From contig CAVVCK010000001.1 of NCBI GenBank assembly GCA_963746775.1, positions 147,050 through 211,049 of the forward strand: a DNA stretch of 64,000 nucleotides, read 5' to 3'. Below, piece after piece: positions 7,704-18,203 of the stretch. How positions within the stretch are numbered: the stretch's first letter is position 1; every line of letters begins with the position of its first letter. The notes beneath the pieces were generated by a model, which worked only from the letters and a program-made list of their open reading frames with translations, was not told the origin of the DNA and ran no database searches. The DNA is from an uncultured bacterium (GTDB lineage Bacteria; Patescibacteriota; JABMPQ01; CAVVCK01). The position numbers were made by a program, and so were the translations under genes.

Positions 7704-9764
7704 TCACAGCCCTATTTTATCACTTATGCTTTTCATAGCATTCAGTGATATCTCAATAAACTCATCTAAACTCAAACCAAGCTTCTCACATTCTTTTATC
7801 ACTTCTCTATTGACTTTAGCGGCAAAAGATTTGTCTTTCATTTTCTTTTTTATAGATTTCACTTTCACTAACTCTAATTTCTTATCCGGTCGAATTAAAG
7901 CTGAGGCATAAATAAGCCCAGTTACAGTTTCTCCACAGCGCAGAGCATAATCTAGCTTTGTCTTGGGTTCCTCGGCATTATTATAACCAAAATTATGAGC
8001 TTTGATAGCTTGAATTAATTCTTCAGGATAATTTTTTTCTTTTAAATATTCTTCTGCTTTTAATCCATGTTCCTTGGGTTCATTATCTCCTGTCTCCTCC
8101 CAATCCAAGTCATGCAATAATCCTGTTGCTCCCCATAATTCCTCATTTTCACCTAACTTAAAAGCTAGAGCTCTCATTATAACTTCGCTTTCTAGGCTGT
8201 GAAAAATATTTGGTTTTTGTTTTACATGCTCTTTTAATAATTCAAAAGATTTTTCTCTGGATATATCAAATTTTACATCACTTTTCATACTTTTTGCTAC
8301 ATTATTGCCATTTTTGGGTTTAAGCAGTGGAAATAAAACGCACTCCCTAATAGGTTTATCCATTAGAAAAGAAAACAGTCTCTCTGATACACCAAATCCG
8401 CAAGTAGGTGGCATACCATACTCGAGAGCTTCAACGAAATCTCTGTCATGCATTTGCGCTTCATTATCTCCTTCTTCACGAAGCTTAGTTTGCTCTTCAA
8501 ATCTTTTGGCCTGATCTAGAGGATCATTTAACTCAGAATAACCATTGCCTAATTCTGATCCAGCAATAATAGGATGAAATCTTTGGGTAAATTCAGAACT
8601 ACCTTCAGTTTTTTTAGCTAAAGGAGAAATAGCTATAGGGTCATTAATTAAAAATCCCGGACCACCTATTTGTTTGCGACAATATTTCCATAAATTATCT
8701 ATAGCCCGAGTTATGTTAAATCCTTTTTTGTCATAATTTATTTTTAATTCCCTAAGTTTTTTTTCAATTTCTTCCAAAGAGACGCTCATAATATCTACTC
8801 CTGTATATTTTTTAACTGTTTCCTTATAATCATATTCCTCCCATTTCTTTTCAAGATCAACTTCAAAACCCCTTATTTTAAATTTTAGAGTTCCGAAAGT
8901 CTCACTAGCTACATATTTAAATAATTCTTCTACTAACTCCATTCCTTGTCTGTAATCTGCATAGGCCCAATAAAATTCCATCTGAGAATAATCATTTAAA
9001 TGTTCAGCATCCATACCTTCATTTCTGAATTGCCGACCTATTTCAAAAGTCTTATCAAAACCAGCCACCATTAATCTTTTCTGCCATAATTCTCCCATTG
9101 AAATACGTAAATAAAGATCAATATCTAAGGCATCGTGATGAGTAACAAAAGGATTAGCATCAGCTCCACCAGTGGCTGCTTCTAAAACAGGAGTCTCTAC
9201 TTCCAAAAATCCTTTTTTAATTAAAAAATTTCTCATACTATTCCAAAAAATAGCTTTCTTTTGAAACATCTCCCTTAATTCCGGATTCATTAAAATATCT
9301 AAATATCTTTTCCTATATCTAGTTTCTTCGTCTTTTATTCCATGCCATTTATCAGGAAGGGGTTTTATGCTTTTAGTTAGTATATTGAAATTTGATATTT
9401 CTAAAGTTTTCTCTTCTTTTTTTGTTTTAAATAATTTACCCGACACCTGAATAAAATCTCCAATATCAAAATTTTTCAAAAATTTATACTCCTCCACACC
9501 TAAAATATCTCTTCTAAAAAGTAATTGAAATTTATTAGTACCATCAAAAATATTAGCAAAAGTAGATCCACCATGTGGACGCAGAGACATAATTCTTCCT
9601 ACTAAAGTTATATTTTTCTCTTTTAATCTATTAAAATCTAAAAACGCCTCATTACAAGACATATCCCTTTTAGCTTTGGCTGGATAAGGATTAATATTAT
9701 TTTCTTTGAAATTTTCTAATTTTTGTAGTCTTACTTTTCTTATTTCTTCCTCTTGTTTTTTCAT
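7704..9764 (-). CDS. lysS: Lysyl-tRNA synthetase (class II) fused to a C-terminal HD-domain-like extension of about 190 aa
   Basis: Class II motifs RQFRNEGMDAEH..MEFYWAY and GFGVSERLFSFLMDKPIRECVLFP. The extension after about aa 495 contains H...(27)...GLLHDLD...H...D, the spacing expected for an HD phosphohydrolase fold. Confidence 0.85.
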   Translation of the reverse strand: MKKQEEEIRKVRLQKLENFKENNINPYPAKAKRDMSCNEAFLDFNRLKEKNITLVGRIMSLRPHGGSTFANIFDGTNKFQLLFRRDILGVEEYKFLKNFDIGDFIQVSGKLFKTKKEEKTLEISNFNILTKSIKPLPDKWHGIKDEETRYRKRYLDILMNPELREMFQKKAIFWNSMRNFLIKKGFLEVETPVLEAATGGADANPFVTHHDALDIDLYLRISMGELWQKRLMVAGFDKTFEIGRQFRNEGMDAEHLNDYSQMEFYWAYADYRQGMELVEELFKYVASETFGTLKFKIRGFEVDLEKKWEEYDYKETVKKYTGVDIMSVSLEEIEKKLRELKINYDKKGFNITRAIDNLWKYCRKQIGGPGFLINDPIAISPLAKKTEGSSEFTQRFHPIIAGSELGNGYSELNDPLDQAKRFEEQTKLREEGDNEAQMHDRDFVEALEYGMPPTCGFGVSERLFSFLMDKPIRECVLFPLLKPKNGNNVAKSMKSDVKFDISREKSFELLKEHVKQKPNIFHSLESEVIMRALAFKLGENEELWGATGLLHDLDWEETGDNEPKEHGLKAEEYLKEKNYPEELIQAIKAHNFGYNNAEEPKTKLDYALRCGETVTGLIYASALIRPDKKLELVKVKSIKKKMKDKSFAAKVNREVIKECEKLGLSLDEFIEISLNAMKSISDKIGL

Positions 9765-9833
9765 AATTTTGACTAAAATAACAATATACTCAGAATAACC
9801 CTGAGTATATTTATTATAGTATTTTTATTCTAT

Positions 9834-10292
9834 TTATTCAATCTTTAATATTTTGTATCGTATTATTCCTCCGGGAGTTGCTACTTCTACCTTATCCCCA
9901 ACTTTTTTGTCTATTAATGCCGCTCCAATAGGTGATTCATTAGAAATTTTTCCTTCTGAAGGATTAGCCTCAGAAGCTCCAACAATTTCAAAATCCATTT
10001 TTGAATCACTAAATTTAACTTTTATTTTTGAACCAGGCCTGATGGTTTTTGATTTACCATTTTTAATTACTTCAGCATTCTTTATCTTAGTTTGCAACAT
10101 AATTATTCTTCCTTCAACAAAAGCTTGTTCTTCCTTAGCTTCAGAATATTCTGCATTTTCTGACAAGTCTCCTTGCTCTAGCGCTTTTTTAATTCTTGCG
10201 GCCATTTCTTTTCTTTTCGTATTTTTCAAAAATTCTAATTCTTCTTTTAGTTTTTTTAATCCTTCTCGACTTATAATTACTTTGTTAATCAT
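9834..10292 (-). CDS. greA: Transcription elongation factor GreA
   Basis: N-terminal coiled-coil (LKKLKEELEFLKNTKRKEMAARIKKALEQGDLSENAEY) and a C-terminal FKBP-like domain; 152 aa. Confidence 0.9.
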   Translation of the reverse strand: MINKVIISREGLKKLKEELEFLKNTKRKEMAARIKKALEQGDLSENAEYSEAKEEQAFVEGRIIMLQTKIKNAEVIKNGKSKTIRPGSKIKVKFSDSKMDFEIVGASEANPSEGKISNESPIGAALIDKKVGDKVEVATPGGIIRYKILKIE

Positions 10293-10312
10293 TTATTTAT
10301 TTATAAAAAAAT

Positions 10313-10340
10313 ATTTGCATATCTCGTATAATATGCAAAT
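10313..10340. promoter_or_regulatory. Perfect 10-bp inverted repeat immediately upstream of greA (candidate operator)
   Basis: ATTTGCATAT-ctcgtata-ATATGCAAAT. A TATAAT lies in the spacer. Located 21-48 nt upstream of the greA start. Confidence 0.3.
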
Positions 10341-10382
10341 TATAGATCTAGTCAAGCTTTTATATCCACAAGTCTTTATTTT

Positions 10383-11225
10383 TTACTTCTTTGATCTTTG
10401 TAAATCGAATATATTTTCTAATAATTTAGCTACGGTCACAGGACCGACTCCTCCAGGCACAGGAGTAATTAACTTAGCTTTATTATAAACTGACCCAAAA
10501 TCACAATCGCCATAAAGCTTTTTTCCTTTAAATCCTACCCCGGCATCTATCACTACTACGCCCTTCTTTACCATATCACCTTTAATTAGTTGGACTACCC
10601 CTGTGGCAGTAATTAAAACATCAGCTTGCAGAGTTATTAATCTTAAATTTTTAGTATATTTATTACAAACAGTAATCGTATTTTTATCTTGGGTTAAAAT
10701 TATACTCAAAGGTTTCCCTACTAAATCACCCCTGCCTACTATAACCACATGTTTACCAGTTAGATCTACTTTATAGCTATTTAGAAGATGCAAACAAGCT
10801 GCTGCTGTAGGAGGTAATATCACTGGCATGTCAGCTGTTAATCTACCTTGATTAAAAGAAGTTAGACAATCAACATCCAAATCAGGTCTTATCGCTTCTA
10901 ATACATTTCTTGTATTTATTCTATTTGGTAGAGGAAGCTGAATAACTAAACCAGAAAGTTTTTGATCATCTTGAATAATATTTATTTTTTTTAACAAATT
11001 ACTTTCACTAATATTCTCCGGAAAAGTAAATAATTCAAAATTTATACCTACTTCCAGACAGGCTTCTTCTTTCTTCTTGATAAAGCTGATTGAAGCTTTA
11101 TCTGCACCTACTAAAACTACAGCTAGTTTTAATTTAATATTCTCTTTTTCTAGTTTTCTAGCTTTTCTTTTTAATTTATTAAGTATTTCCTGAGCTACTT
11201 TTTTACCATCTATATTTTTTTTCAT
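10383..11225 (-). CDS. folD: Bifunctional methylene-THF dehydrogenase / methenyl-THF cyclohydrolase
   Basis: VVIVGRGDLVGKPLSIIL and PVPGGVGPVTVAKLLEN motifs; 280 aa. Confidence 0.9.
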   Translation of the reverse strand: MKKNIDGKKVAQEILNKLKRKARKLEKENIKLKLAVVLVGADKASISFIKKKEEACLEVGINFELFTFPENISESNLLKKINIIQDDQKLSGLVIQLPLPNRINTRNVLEAIRPDLDVDCLTSFNQGRLTADMPVILPPTAAACLHLLNSYKVDLTGKHVVIVGRGDLVGKPLSIILTQDKNTITVCNKYTKNLRLITLQADVLITATGVVQLIKGDMVKKGVVVIDAGVGFKGKKLYGDCDFGSVYNKAKLITPVPGGVGPVTVAKLLENIFDLQRSKK

Positions 11226-11250
11226 TTAATAATATTAAATTTTTTATTTA

Positions 11251-13194
11251 TTATTTCTTATTATTAAAATACCATTTTAAAATTTCATTAGCTATGGGAG
11301 CTGCTACTTCATTTCCTTCTCCACCTTCTTCTACTAACACCACCAAAACTATCTCCGGATCTTCGAAGGGAGCGTAAGCAGTATACCAGGCATGAGTTTG
11401 GTCACTTCCTCCATGTTGAGCTGTACCAGTTTTACCCGCAGAACTAACAGGTAAATCAGATAATAACCTACCAGAACCAGATAGCACCGTTTCTCTCATT
11501 GCCCTTTGAACCTGATTTATATATTTATTATCAATAAAATTTTCACGAATAACATTTTTCTTATTTTCAAAGATAACATTTTTATCCTGGTCAATACCTT
11601 CTTTCACAAGGTATGGCCTTAGAACTTGCCCACCGTTAGCTACAGTCGATGTCCATGATAAAACTTGCAGAGGTGTTGTTAATAAATCTCCTTGTCCGAT
11701 TGAAATATGATAAGTATCACCTAAATACCATTCTTCCCCTTTTACTTCTTGCTTCCAAGCAGGAGTAGGTATTAATCCTTCTGCTTCAGATGGTAAATCA
11801 ATACCCGTTTTTGCCCCCAGTCCAAATTTTCTAAAATACTGAATTATCTTATCAGCGCCTAGCCCCTTAAAATCCTCATAACCTCCACCTACATAATAAA
11901 AATAAATATCAGACGACTTTGCTATAGCAGAATATACATTCATGGGGCCGAGGCCAGATTTTTCCCAACCCACAAAATGATAAACCGTACTGGCATCATA
12001 CATATTAGTTACATCTATAGAACCATTATCTGTTATAGTAGTATTTTCATTAATAACACCTTCCTGAAGTCCAGCAGAAGCCATAACAGGCTTAATTGTA
12101 GAACCTGGTGGATAAATACCATTAACAGCTCTATTGTACAAAGGTTTATCTGGATCATTTAAAAATTTGTTATAATCTTCTAATTTTATTCCTTTTGAAA
12201 AAAGATTATCATCATATGAAGGAATATTGACGAAACTTAATATTTCACCAGTTTTAGGATTCATAGCAATGCATACTCCCTTTTTAGCTTTTGCTTTATT
12301 TAAACCTTCTTCCAAAAGCCTTCTTGATTCAAGCTGTAAATCTTTATCAATTGTTAAAATTAAATCTTGTCCTTCAGCTGCATCTTCTTTAGCAACAGTT
12401 TTTCTAACATTACCAACAGAATCAACTTCAACTTGTTTTTTACCTTTTGTCCCTTTTAGATTATTTTCATATTTTTTCTCTACCCCTTCTTTGCCTATAT
12501 AATCAATAGCTTGATAATCATTATTAGATTCTTCTAATTCTTCCTGACTTATTTTCCCTATATAACCCAAAATATGTGCAAATTCTTCTGGATATAGATA
12601 ATCACGAATTGGATTTTTCTCAATTTTTATACCTATGAAATTATCAAGTTTTGCTTCCATAATCAAAGCTTCATCTCTTACTAAATTTTTTTTCACTAAA
12701 ACAGGCTCATAAGAATCATTGTTAGTTTCATTTAAAAAAATATCTTTCTCTTCATCATCCAAACTAATTATTTTATTTATATCATTTAACATATTACTTT
12801 TCCCTTCAAAATTTTTTGGTAAATCTGCTGGAATAACTACTAGATCGAAAGCTGGAATATTCTTGACCAATAAATTGTTATTTCTATCATAAATAACTCC
12901 TCGCGGAGCACTTAAATTATATATTCTATAACGATTTTCTTCAGCCGCAGATCTTAAATTATCACCTGACATGATCTGTAAATAGAATACCCTACTCCAA
13001 ACTATTGTAAAAATAATGAAGATAACAAAATAAACCCACTTAAATTTTTTATAATCAAAGAGTGGTTTTACTGTTCTAGGCCTAAAGGGACCAGAATCTA
13101 CTAGAGTTTCTTCCCATTCGTATCCTTCGTTCCCTTTTTTATTCTTTTTTTCAATATGACCTATTTCCGGAATTATAAAAGGATTTTTCTCCAT
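11251..13194 (-). CDS. mrdA: Penicillin-binding protein 2 (class B transpeptidase)
   Basis: N-terminal membrane anchor. Transpeptidase motifs STIKP (SxxK), SSD (SxN-like) and KTGTA. Located downstream of mreBCD. Confidence 0.85.
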   Translation of the reverse strand: MEKNPFIIPEIGHIEKKNKKGNEGYEWEETLVDSGPFRPRTVKPLFDYKKFKWVYFVIFIIFTIVWSRVFYLQIMSGDNLRSAAEENRYRIYNLSAPRGVIYDRNNNLLVKNIPAFDLVVIPADLPKNFEGKSNMLNDINKIISLDDEEKDIFLNETNNDSYEPVLVKKNLVRDEALIMEAKLDNFIGIKIEKNPIRDYLYPEEFAHILGYIGKISQEELEESNNDYQAIDYIGKEGVEKKYENNLKGTKGKKQVEVDSVGNVRKTVAKEDAAEGQDLILTIDKDLQLESRRLLEEGLNKAKAKKGVCIAMNPKTGEILSFVNIPSYDDNLFSKGIKLEDYNKFLNDPDKPLYNRAVNGIYPPGSTIKPVMASAGLQEGVINENTTITDNGSIDVTNMYDASTVYHFVGWEKSGLGPMNVYSAIAKSSDIYFYYVGGGYEDFKGLGADKIIQYFRKFGLGAKTGIDLPSEAEGLIPTPAWKQEVKGEEWYLGDTYHISIGQGDLLTTPLQVLSWTSTVANGGQVLRPYLVKEGIDQDKNVIFENKKNVIRENFIDNKYINQVQRAMRETVLSGSGRLLSDLPVSSAGKTGTAQHGGSDQTHAWYTAYAPFEDPEIVLVVLVEEGGEGNEVAAPIANEILKWYFNNKK

Positions 13195-13722
13195 TTAAGT
13201 TTTCGCTTTTATTCTATCATTATATCGTATAGAAAAATCACGAAAGAAATTTACAAATCTATAAAATAGAAACATTAGTATAATATTTAATACTATACCT
13301 CCTAAAATTTTATACCATAAAGGTTGTAAATATCCTACAAATTTCAAATCAACAAATTTAAGAATAAAAAATATTAAAAATATAAGTAAATAATAAAATA
13401 AAGTAGCTAGTGTAATTATACCAATTCTAGTATAAATATTGTTCATATCAACAAAATGAGAAATTATTAAATAAATTATTATCATAGTAATGATTAAACT
13501 TATCATATTAATTCCAAAAAAAGTACTTGAAAATAAATCTAGCAAAAATCCTCCCAAAACTGCACCATACAATCCATTTTTATAATTTTTTAGAATGCAC
13601 CAACTAATCACAAAAACTAGCATTAAATTTGGTACAGAGCCTAATAATTCAAAATGAGGCAGGAAAGAAGCCTGCAATATAGCTAATAACGAAATTAGAA
13701 GTGTTAATAAAAATAAAACCAT
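13195..13722 (-). CDS. mreD: Rod shape-determining protein MreD
   Basis: 175-aa polytopic membrane protein lying between mreC and pbp2. Assigned by operon position and hydrophobicity. Confidence 0.6.
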   Translation of the reverse strand: MVLFLLTLLISLLAILQASFLPHFELLGSVPNLMLVFVISWCILKNYKNGLYGAVLGGFLLDLFSSTFFGINMISLIITMIIIYLIISHFVDMNNIYTRIGIITLATLFYYLLIFLIFFILKFVDLKFVGYLQPLWYKILGGIVLNIILMFLFYRFVNFFRDFSIRYNDRIKAKT

Positions 13723-13729
13723 TAAATTT

Positions 13730-14563
13730 TTAATTTTTTGCTACAAAGACATAATCTAAATCTTTAAAATCAACTGGAGATTTAATTCTGGCATTTTGAA
13801 ACAATTCATTGTCTCCGCTATCTATTTCCTCTATTTCTCCTATTAATAAATCAAATGACTTTTTTTCTAAATCTGCAGTTGTCACTATATCTCCCTTTTT
13901 TATTACTTTATCTTGTGGAATTAGTTCCATGATCAGTCCTAGTCCATGTTCACCCGATACTATACCATCGGCATTAGAATCTTTTATATGTGCTTGCACA
14001 TGACTATATATATCACTAATTAATAAAACAGATGAATAATTATCATACACATCCTTAATTTTACCAATTAATATACCGTCTGAGACTATCACAAATTGAT
14101 CTTTTTCAACTTCATCTTTTGACCCCTTATTAATATTAATAGTATTGGATAAATTATTTGAATCTCTGCTAATTACTTTAGCTGGAATTAAATCAAGAGA
14201 TGATTTTTGTTTGAATGATAATTGATCTCTTAAATCATTATTTTCCTTTTCAAGCTCTTCTAATTTAGCCCTATCTACTAAAGATTTTTGCAAATCCGAC
14301 CTAATAGTTTTATTCTCTTTTGCTAAATCTCTAATAGACCCTAAAAAACCAAAAAAACCAGATATATATTCTCCTGTACTAAAAAAAACACTTTTTACTG
14401 GTACTAAAATTTTTAGTAATAAATTTTCAACTGGATTCAATATTCCAATAAAATGAAAAGTAATCAATAAAAATACTATTACTAAAGACACTAAAAACAA
14501 AAATTTTTTATTTTGTGATAGTTTAAGCATATAAAACAAAATTTTAATTAACAATTTCAACAA
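13730..14563 (-). CDS. mreC: Rod shape-determining protein MreC
   Basis: N-terminal transmembrane helix, coiled-coil (LEELEKENNDLRDQL), C-terminal beta domain; lies directly downstream of mreB. Confidence 0.7.
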   Translation of the reverse strand: MLKLLIKILFYMLKLSQNKKFLFLVSLVIVFLLITFHFIGILNPVENLLLKILVPVKSVFFSTGEYISGFFGFLGSIRDLAKENKTIRSDLQKSLVDRAKLEELEKENNDLRDQLSFKQKSSLDLIPAKVISRDSNNLSNTININKGSKDEVEKDQFVIVSDGILIGKIKDVYDNYSSVLLISDIYSHVQAHIKDSNADGIVSGEHGLGLIMELIPQDKVIKKGDIVTTADLEKKSFDLLIGEIEEIDSGDNELFQNARIKSPVDFKDLDYVFVAKN

Positions 14564-14662
14564 CAGTATTACGTAATATATACGTAATTATATTTTTCAC
14601 TAATCTAATCTAGAAAATTTATTTTTGTTTATTTCTCTTAGTGAATTGATGAGATTTTGTTT

Positions 14663-15742
14663 TTATTTTCGTCTTATAAATCTTGTTCGAGGAGGTTTAT
14701 GATATTGTGTAGTCATTAAAACTTCTTTTAAAGTCTCTAGATCTTCTAAAACAATACCACACCCTCTGACAACGCAAGTTAGAGAATCATCAGCTACACT
14801 GGCAGGCATTTTTGTTTTTTCGGTAATTAACTTGTCTAATCCTCTTAATAATGACCCTCCTCCAGCCAGAATAATACCTCTTTTCATAATATCTGATACT
14901 AATTCTGGTGGTGTTTCTTCAATAGCTATTTTAATTTCATTAACAATAGTTCTAACAGATCGAGCGAGTGCTTCCTGAGCCTGTCCATTATTAATTCTAA
15001 CTTCTTTTGGTAAACCTGACACTAAATCTCTACCTCTCATAGAAGTCTCCAGTGTTTTATATAGAGGATAAGCAGATCCAATAGCAATTTTAATTTCTTC
15101 AGCAGTCTTTTCTCCTATTACTAAATTAAATTCTGAACGTGCGTATTGAATAATATCTTCATTCATCTCATCTCCGGCAATCCTTAAAGATTTAAAGATA
15201 ACTACTCCTCCTAAAGATATTACCGCTACTTCTGTAGTACCTCCACCAATATCAACAATCATACATCCAGAAGGGCTCTGAATAGGCAATCTAGCGCCAA
15301 TAGCGGCTGCCATAGGTTCTTCAATCAAGAATGCTTGCCTGGCTCCAGCATTTATAGCAGCATCTTCAACAGCTCTCTTTTCTACTTCTGTTACACCAGA
15401 AGGAATACCAATAACTACACGAGGTCTAGGAAATAAGGTAAAAGCTTCTTGATGAACTTTTTCAAAAAAATATTTTAACATTTGCTCAGTTATTTCAAAT
15501 TCTGAAACAACTCCATCAACCAATGGACGAGAAGCTACAATATGTGATGGAGTTTTACCTACCATTCGTTTAGCTTCATTACCAATAGCTAATATCTGAC
15601 CAGTATTTTTGTTCAAGGCGACCACAGAAGGTTCATTAATGACTATACCCTTACCTTTTACATACACCAAAGTATTGGCAGTCCCCAGATCAATCCCAAT
15701 ATCTTTTGAAAAACTACCTAATATATTATTTATAATAGACAT
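14663..15742 (-). CDS. mreB: Rod shape-determining actin homologue MreB
   Basis: IGIDLGTANTLVYVKGKGIVINEPSVVA and the DIGGGTTEVAVISLGG phosphate-binding motifs; 359 aa. Confidence 0.9.
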   Translation of the reverse strand: MSIINNILGSFSKDIGIDLGTANTLVYVKGKGIVINEPSVVALNKNTGQILAIGNEAKRMVGKTPSHIVASRPLVDGVVSEFEITEQMLKYFFEKVHQEAFTLFPRPRVVIGIPSGVTEVEKRAVEDAAINAGARQAFLIEEPMAAAIGARLPIQSPSGCMIVDIGGGTTEVAVISLGGVVIFKSLRIAGDEMNEDIIQYARSEFNLVIGEKTAEEIKIAIGSAYPLYKTLETSMRGRDLVSGLPKEVRINNGQAQEALARSVRTIVNEIKIAIEETPPELVSDIMKRGIILAGGGSLLRGLDKLITEKTKMPASVADDSLTCVVRGCGIVLEDLETLKEVLMTTQYHKPPRTRFIRRK

Positions 15743-15759
15743 ATATAAATAGAATAAAA

Positions 15760-17022
15760 TTATTTGCTTTTTTTAATAATATCAATCAGCTCTTTTCTAT
15801 TTAACAAGCTAAAATCTTTCTGATCTCTAAACTTGTGTTCAAACTTATCATTTTCTACAGTTTTTTTGCTAATAACGACTCTTTGAGAAATACCAATTAG
15901 ATCGCTATCGGCTAGCTTTTCTCCAGAACTTTTATCTTTACGGTCGTCATATAATACCTCGATATTATTTTTTTGTAAAGTATTATAAAATTCATCACTA
16001 ACCTTATTTACCTCTTTTTCATCCGGATTTAATAAAACGAGATGAATATTAAAAGGAGAAATTTCCTTAGGCCAAATCATACCCCTATCATCATTATTTA
16101 GTTCTACAACAGTTCCCATTACTCTACCTGGCCCAATGCCATAACTTCCCATAATAACAAGCTTTTTCTCACCTTTTTTATCAGTAAATTTAAGCCCTAT
16201 GGGTTCTGAATATTTAGTACCTAAAGTAAATATATTGCCAACCTCAACCGCTCTTTCTTCTCTCAAATCATCTTTGTTTAAACCCAAATTTACTAGAACC
16301 TCATCATTAAATACTTCTTTATTAATAGCAATTTTCCTTTTTTTATCAACATAAATAGTATCTTCCCCAGCTTTGGTTAAAGTTTGAAATTCATGGGAAT
16401 ATTTACTAAAAACTCCACCAGAAGCAAATGTTTCATAAGTATTATCACCTAGCCCGCAACGATTATAAATTTTCATATAGGCTATTTTGGATTTTTCATA
16501 GAATTCATCATGTTCTTTCTGAGTACGAGAAAATGAATATAAGTCTTTCATTAAAAATTCTCGACAACGCATTATACCGCTTTTTGATCTTACCTCATTG
16601 CGAAATTTAGTTTGTATCTGATAGATATATTTCGGCAAATCCTTATAAGAAGATACGTGATTTTTGACAATAGCAGTTAGTGGCTCTTCATGAGTAAATC
16701 CTAAACCAAGTTCTGTTTTATTTTTAAGTTTTGTTTTAAACCAATTATCAACTATTTTATCATCCCAACGTCCAGTTTTTTTCCAAAGATTTTGATCTTG
16801 TAAAACGGTTAGATGAACTTCTTGTCCACCAATAACATTCATTTCTTCACGTATAATATTATTAATTTTATTTAAAACTTTTAATCCTAGAGGTAAAAAC
16901 GAATAAACTCCTGCCATTTCTTTGTAAATAAAACCAGCTCTAATTAACAGCTGAGCATTAATGCTAATTTCATCTTTGGGAATATTTTTAGTTGTTTTTG
17001 TAAAAAGCTCCGATTGTCTCAT
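15760..17022 (-). CDS. proS: Prolyl-tRNA synthetase, bacterial type, lacking the INS editing domain
   Basis: N-terminus MRQSELFTKTTKNIPKDEISINAQLLIRAGFI and motif 2 FRNEVRSKSGIMRCREFLMKDLYSF. Only 420 aa. Confidence 0.9.
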   Translation of the reverse strand: MRQSELFTKTTKNIPKDEISINAQLLIRAGFIYKEMAGVYSFLPLGLKVLNKINNIIREEMNVIGGQEVHLTVLQDQNLWKKTGRWDDKIVDNWFKTKLKNKTELGLGFTHEEPLTAIVKNHVSSYKDLPKYIYQIQTKFRNEVRSKSGIMRCREFLMKDLYSFSRTQKEHDEFYEKSKIAYMKIYNRCGLGDNTYETFASGGVFSKYSHEFQTLTKAGEDTIYVDKKRKIAINKEVFNDEVLVNLGLNKDDLREERAVEVGNIFTLGTKYSEPIGLKFTDKKGEKKLVIMGSYGIGPGRVMGTVVELNNDDRGMIWPKEISPFNIHLVLLNPDEKEVNKVSDEFYNTLQKNNIEVLYDDRKDKSSGEKLADSDLIGISQRVVISKKTVENDKFEHKFRDQKDFSLLNRKELIDIIKKSK

Positions 17023-17028
17023 AGTGTT

Positions 17029-18186
17029 TTAATTTATAATTCTATTCCAAATTCCAATGAACATGTCCTTAAATTTAAAAACATCTTTAAAGGTTACTAC
17101 TACTAACAATAAAATTAAAAGAAAAAATCCTACGGTATGAATTGAATTTTCAATTTTTTGACTAACTTTTTTACCTCTAATTTTTTCAATTAACAAAAAC
17201 AATATTCTTCCACCATCCAAAGCTGGAAAAGGCAAAATATTTAAGATACCTAAATTAATACTTAAAATTGCCGCAAATTGCAAAATATAAACAAAACCCA
17301 TTCTAGCCACTTGACCAGTTAAAACAGCAATACCAACTGGTCCAGTGAACTCAGCTGAAACAGGCTCATGAACTATTAAGTTGTGTATAATATCATAAAA
17401 TGCTGATAAAATTGCAATTATTAATGCATAAGTAGTAGATATTCCCATCCAGATTGATTGGAAAAAAGGATATGAGACAATTCCAGTCTTAGCCAGGGCT
17501 ATTCCCAATGCTCCTTCATCCTCTGGCGGATTTTCCCGTGGAATTGCTTTAACATTCAAATTTTCATCACCTCTTTTTATTTCTATATCAATTTCTTTTC
17601 CCGATTCTGATTTTATTTTTTCTTGTAAATTTCCAATCTCTATGAATTCCTCTCCATCTACTCTAACAATTTGATCTCCTACAGCTAGCCCAGAACTCTC
17701 AGCTGGAGAACCCTTTGACACTTGAGCTATTTGTATTTTCAAATCACGTGCATTATTATCACCTTCTTCCAATGCCTGAGGCAAACCAATTTTAAACCCT
17801 ATAGTTAATAAGACAATAGCTAAAACGAAATTCATTAAAACTCCAGCCGATAAAATTAAGCTACGCACCCAAACCGGTTTTGATGAAAAACTTTTTGGAT
17901 CTTTTTTGCCTTCACCTTCTTCACCAAAAATCTTAACAAAACCTCCAATCGGCAGCCAATTGATTGAATAGAGTGTATTTTGATCTTTTTTTAATTCTTT
18001 ATTGCCAATTATCTTTTTCCACTTACCATCTTTAGTTCTATAAATACCAAAAATTCGAGGAGGAAAACCAAAACCAAATTCTTCTGCTCTAACCCCCATT
18101 TTTCTAGCAGTAATAAAATGTCCAAATTCATGAACAAAAATTAATAAGCCTAATACTAAAACAAAAACTATGATAGTTAAAATCAT
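17029..18186 (-). CDS. rseP: Site-2 protease (RseP/M50 family zinc metalloprotease)
   Basis: HEFGHFITARKMGV (HExxH), a PDZ domain, and the LNILPFPALDGGRI motif; multiple transmembrane helices. Confidence 0.85.
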   Translation of the reverse strand: MILTIIVFVLVLGLLIFVHEFGHFITARKMGVRAEEFGFGFPPRIFGIYRTKDGKWKKIIGNKELKKDQNTLYSINWLPIGGFVKIFGEEGEGKKDPKSFSSKPVWVRSLILSAGVLMNFVLAIVLLTIGFKIGLPQALEEGDNNARDLKIQIAQVSKGSPAESSGLAVGDQIVRVDGEEFIEIGNLQEKIKSESGKEIDIEIKRGDENLNVKAIPRENPPEDEGALGIALAKTGIVSYPFFQSIWMGISTTYALIIAILSAFYDIIHNLIVHEPVSAEFTGPVGIAVLTGQVARMGFVYILQFAAILSINLGILNILPFPALDGGRILFLLIEKIRGKKVSQKIENSIHTVGFFLLILLLVVVTFKDVFKFKDMFIGIWNRIIN

Positions 18187-18203
18187 TTTTTATATATTAT
18201 TAT

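Noticed and set aside
9853-10488. 211-aa plus-strand ORF spanning greA and the folD 3' end
   Set aside because: It is antisense to two well-supported genes and has no signals.
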